From positions 33,428-97,427 of the forward strand of contig CAYGGC010000001.1 in the NCBI GenBank assembly GCA_964349465.1: a stretch of DNA of 64,000 nucleotides, in the 5' to 3' direction. This document shows, piece after piece, positions 60,291-64,000 of the stretch; positions within the stretch are counted from its first letter, which is position 1; every line of letters starts with the position of its first letter. This DNA is from an uncultured Gammaproteobacteria bacterium (GTDB lineage Bacteria > Patescibacteriota > Patescibacteriia > SBBC01 > CAIJZX01). A program made the translations under genes and the position numbers. Below the pieces are notes generated by a model. That model did not search any database, had not been told where the DNA came from, and worked only from the letters and a program-made list of their open reading frames with translations.

Positions 60291-61179
60291 TATCCGTCGT
60301 TATCAACCACGTCGATCATCTGGCTCCAAGCCCTGGGCCCGGATTGTGATTGGTTTGCTGGTGATTGTGGCTTTGGTCTTCATCGGTCGTGCCGTTCTGA
60401 GTGGAAATGGACGCGAAAATACATCGGCGACGAATGAGCCGAGTATTACTCTCGTGAACGACGCTGTCGCGTCGAACACGAACGCCTCCGATCTCCCAGC
60501 GAACACGAACGTAGCCACGAAGGAGAACACAAATGCGACGACGACTGAACCGGAATTAACAACGGTGCCTGAAGGGGTTTGTGCCGAACCGATTGCGAAA
60601 TACGGAGACAACAAGGTCGCTGTGTTGACCTTTGAAATGTCCGCAGCGAATGATAACGCGAAACAACTTCTCGCCCAGTTGAAAAAAAACAACACCCCGG
60701 CAAGTTTTTTTGCCACCGGAACGTTCGCTGAAAAAAATCCTGACTTTCTCAAAAGTGTTGTGTCGGATGGGTATAGCGTCTATAACCGCGGATACGATAG
60801 CACCAACCTAACGACGCTCACCGCCGAGACGATTCCGGTCCAACTGACGAAGGCCGCAGCGGCGATTGAAGCGGCGACAGGATTATCACCGACGCCATAC
60901 CTTCGACCAGCTTTTAGTGACACCAATGAAACCGTTGTGAAGGCTGCGACAGAGGCAGGGTACTGTCTTATTCTCGGGACGATCGACGCCACTGATTGGC
61001 AAGATGGTGTGACCGCCGCGGCCGCGGTCGATCGTGTTATGGCGAAACTTCAGCCCGGGATGATTATTCAACTTCACGCTGGTTATGATATTACCGCGGC
61101 TACCGTCGCGGGTCTGGCGACGGAGATGAAGGCAAAAGGGTATAGTCTTGTGACTCTGCCAACGCTCCTGAACTCATAG
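60280..61179 (+). CDS. Membrane-anchored polysaccharide deacetylase (NodB/CE4) family homolog with non-canonical catalytic motifs
   Basis: …VAVLTFEMSAAN…ASFFATGTFAEKNP… resembles NodB motifs 1-2 but TFDD->TFEM and no H-x-x-x-H. Confidence 0.7.
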   Translation: MANNIRRYQPRRSSGSKPWARIVIGLLVIVALVFIGRAVLSGNGRENTSATNEPSITLVNDAVASNTNASDLPANTNVATKENTNATTTEPELTTVPEGVCAEPIAKYGDNKVAVLTFEMSAANDNAKQLLAQLKKNNTPASFFATGTFAEKNPDFLKSVVSDGYSVYNRGYDSTNLTTLTAETIPVQLTKAAAAIEAATGLSPTPYLRPAFSDTNETVVKAATEAGYCLILGTIDATDWQDGVTAAAAVDRVMAKLQPGMIIQLHAGYDITAATVAGLATEMKAKGYSLVTLPTLLNS

Positions 61180-61181
61180 AT

Positions 61182-61751
61182 ATGTTTACTGTCACGCGGC
61201 GCGTTAGTTTTTCCGTCGCGATCGCTCTACTCCTTGGCTGGGGAGCGATGTCGATCATGATTTTTCAATCGTCGAACTATTTATTGGCCGCCGAAACAAC
61301 CGATGAACACCGGGCGCAACCAGCAGCCGGAGTACGCCTGACGTTTCAAATCGACAAACGGATCTATCGGGGCGGGGAGCCAGTCCTAATTTCGTTACGC
61401 AATGATAGTCGAAAAGCAATTACGCTTGCCACGAACGCTGGTGGTTGTGGGTCTGGGTGGTGGTGGCTTCAACGGCAAGGTGCGGATGAATTAGAGTGGC
61501 GTGACGTGAGCCGCGGAAAAACGCCTTGCACCAGCGTTTCGAGTGGGCTTGAGTCTTTTTCCAAGGGTGCGTTGAAGACTGATGAATGGAATGGATTATT
61601 GATGACGGAAGCAATCGGCGAAGTTTTTGCGGAGGCACCGACTGGAACGTACCGGTTGGCAGCGCCATTTCTCGTTGGGGGAGAGGTGACCGAGACAGAT
61701 TGGAAGACGCAAAGCCGCTGGCGGTATTCGCCGGGGTTTACCATTCAATAA
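61182..61751 (+). CDS. Hypothetical secreted protein (signal peptide, Cys-containing)
   Basis: N-terminal hydrophobic segment; no family recognised. Confidence 0.6.
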   Translation: MFTVTRRVSFSVAIALLLGWGAMSIMIFQSSNYLLAAETTDEHRAQPAAGVRLTFQIDKRIYRGGEPVLISLRNDSRKAITLATNAGGCGSGWWWLQRQGADELEWRDVSRGKTPCTSVSSGLESFSKGALKTDEWNGLLMTEAIGEVFAEAPTGTYRLAAPFLVGGEVTETDWKTQSRWRYSPGFTIQ

Positions 61752-61754
61752 TCT

Positions 61755-61790
61755 TGACGAGTTGTAGGAACTACTACATACTGTAGTAGT
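61755..61790 (+). promoter_or_regulatory. htrA promoter region: TTGACG -35 followed by 21-bp palindrome ACTACTACA-tac-TGTAGTAGT overlapping the -10
   Basis: Perfect 9-bp inverted repeat 61770-61790, 22 bp upstream of htrA ATG. Confidence 0.4.
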
Positions 61791-61812
61791 AATTATCTTT
61801 CATCAGCACCCT

Positions 61813-63009
61813 ATGGAACCATCCATCCCATCTATCCCACCAACCCCGGTGCGTAACTCCTCACTCTTACTGACCATTGGACTGAGCTTGTTAATCGGCG
61901 GCGCGAGTGGTGGTCTGGTCGGCTATTCAGTCGCGAAGAATCCAAGCACAACGGCCATCGTCGGGACCCCAAAAACGATTGCGGTCGAAGAAGATTCGGC
62001 GACGGTTGATGTGGTGGCTAAGGCGAGTCCGGCGGTCGTGAGTATAATCATCACCAAAGACTACTCAAAAGTTTTTCAGAACAGTCCGTTTTCGCCCTTC
62101 GATGAATTCTTTTTTGGCTCGCGCACGCAACAGCCCGAAGGGAAGCAAGAAGTAGGCGGTGGAACCGGATTTATTGTTTCGGACGACGGTACGATTGTAA
62201 CGAACAAGCACGTCGTTGATGATGATGAGGCCGAATACACTGTGGTGCTCAATGATGGAAAACGGTATGACGCGAAAGTGGTCGCAAAAGATCCGACGAA
62301 TGATGTGGCGATTTTGAAAATTGAGGCGACGGATTTACCAACCCTAGCTCTCGGTGATTCCGATAAAGTCCAGAGCGGTCAATCAGTTCTGGCGATTGGG
62401 AATGCGCTTGGTCAGTACCGTAACACAGTGACCAAAGGCATTATCTCGGGGAAGTCGCGGACAATTACGGCCAGCGATGCGTCGGGGCAGAGTGAAACCC
62501 TTGAAGACGTGTTTCAAACCGATGCGGCAATCAATCCAGGAAATTCTGGTGGTCCGTTACTCGACTTGGCCGGTTCAGTGGTAGCAATTAATACCGCGGT
62601 CAGTCGCGATGGCCAGTTGATTGGCTTTGCTATACCGATTTCGGTCGTGAGGCGCGATCTTGATTCGGTCCGCACCAGTGGGAAAATTGTTCGGCCGTAT
62701 CTTGGGGTCCGCTATGTCGTAATTACTGACTCGCTGGCTGAAAAGAATAGTTTGCCGGTAAAAACCGGAGCCCTGGTTCAGCGCGGGACGAACGCCGACG
62801 AGCTTGCGGTTATTCCGGCTAGTCCGGCTGATAAAGCGGGGATTGTCGAAAATGATATTCTAACGAAAATCAACAGCAAAGAAATTAATAGTGACCACTC
62901 GCTGGTTGGTTTGCTGAGCGCTTTCAAGCCCGGTGACAAAATTACGGTCGAAGTCTACTCGAAGGGAGTAAAAAAGGATGTGACGGTTACTCTCGAAGAA
63001 AAGACCTAG
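61813..63009 (+). CDS. htrA: HtrA/DegP-family serine protease (trypsin-like domain + PDZ)
   Basis: GTGFIVSDDGTIVTNKHVV, DVAILKI, GNSGGPL catalytic triad contexts. Confidence 0.9.
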   Translation: MEPSIPSIPPTPVRNSSLLLTIGLSLLIGGASGGLVGYSVAKNPSTTAIVGTPKTIAVEEDSATVDVVAKASPAVVSIIITKDYSKVFQNSPFSPFDEFFFGSRTQQPEGKQEVGGGTGFIVSDDGTIVTNKHVVDDDEAEYTVVLNDGKRYDAKVVAKDPTNDVAILKIEATDLPTLALGDSDKVQSGQSVLAIGNALGQYRNTVTKGIISGKSRTITASDASGQSETLEDVFQTDAAINPGNSGGPLLDLAGSVVAINTAVSRDGQLIGFAIPISVVRRDLDSVRTSGKIVRPYLGVRYVVITDSLAEKNSLPVKTGALVQRGTNADELAVIPASPADKAGIVENDILTKINSKEINSDHSLVGLLSAFKPGDKITVEVYSKGVKKDVTVTLEEKT

Positions 63010-63048
63010 CCCAATCATCACAGCGCCCCACCGTTCGGCGGGGCGCTG

Positions 63049-63369
63049 TTGTTTTTACCGATAGTCTTGTATACTCAAGTAAAGGTTTATCCACAAACAG
63101 AAAAACATATGGAGTCACGACGAAGTTCTATGCTGAATGCGCCAATGGTTATCGCCTTAATGGCGTTCGCGATCGTGGCTTTTCTGTTTTTGATTGACAC
63201 ATCAATCAGCCCTAATAACTCTAACACAACAACGACCACGTCTACTCAGAAAAAAGTGGCCCCGACGACAAATGATAATCAGAATCTCAACACTGCGGAT
63301 ACGACGGAAGGGACGTTTGAGACGAACCTGAACGTGAATTCAGCGAGTGACGATTTGTCGGCGGAATAA
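63049..63369 (+). CDS. Small hypothetical membrane protein (one TM, Asn/Thr-rich tail)
   Basis: TM MVIALMAFAIVAFLFLI; followed by strong terminator. Confidence 0.5.
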   Translation: MFLPIVLYTQVKVYPQTEKHMESRRSSMLNAPMVIALMAFAIVAFLFLIDTSISPNNSNTTTTTSTQKKVAPTTNDNQNLNTADTTEGTFETNLNVNSASDDLSAE

Positions 63370-63377
63370 TCTTCGAT

Positions 63378-63414
63378 AAAAAACGGGCGCCTTCCTGGTT
63401 GCCCGTTTTTGTTT
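63378..63414 (+). terminator. Rho-independent terminator AAAAACGGGC-gccttcctggtt-GCCCGTTTTTGTTT
   Basis: 6-8 bp GC stem + T-run, directly before prfB. Confidence 0.6.
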
Positions 63415-63433
63415 GTCGTGATAGGCTGAGCTC

Positions 63434-64000
63434 ATGACTGACCTCGTGCGGCACCTCGACGAACTCCAGCGCAAGATTACGGCCGCGCGGGGCTTACTTT
63501 GACTTCGGTCAATTACGACAACGGGCCGGTGAACTAGAGGAGGCGATGAGCCAGCCGGATTTTTGGTCGGACCGGGCGACGGCTGAGACGGCTAGTCGCG
63601 AACTGAGCAGCCTAAAAAACACGATCGATGGTTGGGAGTCGCTTGAACGTGACGTAGTGAGCTGGAAAGAGCTAGCCGAGCTGGTTGATGAAAGTCAGCG
63701 ATCTGAAGTCGAAACGCATCTTGCGGAGCTGGCTGAACGGTATCAACAACTCGAGTTTCAGTTACTCCTCTCAGACGACTATGATACTGCCAATGCGATT
63801 GTGGCGATTCACGCCGGGACGGGCGGGACGGACGCGATGGATTGGGCGGCTATACTTGAACGCATGGTTCTGCGATTTTGTGAACAACGGGGATGGAAAA
63901 CGAAAGTGGTTGATCGTTCAGTTGGACAAGAAGCGGGGATTAAGAGCGTTACCTTCGAGGTGCTGGGTCAGCATGCCTACGGGTATTTGAAATCCGAGGC
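63434..64000 (+). CDS. prfB: Peptide chain release factor 2 (5' part; continues beyond window) with programmed +1 ribosomal frameshift at CTT TGA C (63497-63503)
   Basis: Frame 0 MTDLVRHLDELQRKITAARGLL-stop; +1 frame continues DFGQLRQRAGELEEAMSQPDFWSD…IHAGTGGTDAMDWAAILERM…; SD-like GGGG upstream of shift site. Confidence 0.9.

Noticed and set aside
63685-63990. ORF 63685-63990 (+), 101 aa
   Set aside because: Out-of-frame overlap with the post-frameshift reading frame of prfB, whose translation is unmistakably RF2.
1-64000. Search for transposases, integrases, phage genes, CRISPR repeats, toxin-antitoxin pairs
   Set aside because: No ORF resembles DDE/serine/tyrosine recombinases or Cas proteins. 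No regularly spaced direct repeats seen. The accessory regions appear to be surface-protein islands rather than mobile elements.

Overview
The window is 64 kb of a moderately GC-rich (~55-60%) bacterial chromosome, compact and mostly coding. An N-terminal CPR-type 'T4SS_pilin'-like two-helix module on an 1,887-aa surface protein, plus a 5.5k-aa giant ORF, suggest a Patescibacteria/CPR-like organism. Housekeeping genes are clear. On the minus strand: topA, dprA, mfd, pth and an LCP-family gene. On the plus strand: tRNA-Val(CAC), lepB, hisS, a HIT-family gene, rpsU, yqeY, ybeY, dgkA, ftsA, ftsZ, nrdR, nrdJ, htrA, and prfB with its +1 frameshift. Two blocks stand out. (1) An approximately 24.5-kb cell-surface locus at 10.6-35.1 kb holds a 16.5-kb giant repeat-rich adhesin-like gene (~5,500 aa) whose N-terminus carries a cytoplasmic excisionase-type HTH plus a TM anchor. 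It is followed by a 360-aa secreted protein sharing its C-terminal ~150-aa domain (WxL-like?), a DUF916-like TM-anchored protein, a dockerin-bearing protein, three tandem cohesin+Fn3-like+TM paralogs and a Dpm1-like GT2. This looks like a cohesin-dockerin / Csc-like surface complex built around a giant protein. (2) A vitamin-B12 economy cluster at 52.5-60.3 kb contains nrdR, a class II AdoCbl RNR (nrdJ), a low-GC orphan ORF, a corrinoid adenosyltransferase (BtuR/CobO), a MazG-like protein, a probable cobalamin riboswitch, a DUF4430-like lipoprotein and small membrane proteins (possible ECF S component). Other signals: identical 21-bp palindromes right after dgkA and ftsA, upstream of ftsA and ftsZ; GTAGTA/TACTAC palindromes at the nrdR and htrA promoters; a 530-bp gene-free region between pth and mfd ending in a strong hairpin+U-tract (candidate ncRNA); and GC/codon mosaicism between repeat copies inside the giant gene. 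No CRISPR array or transposase was seen.
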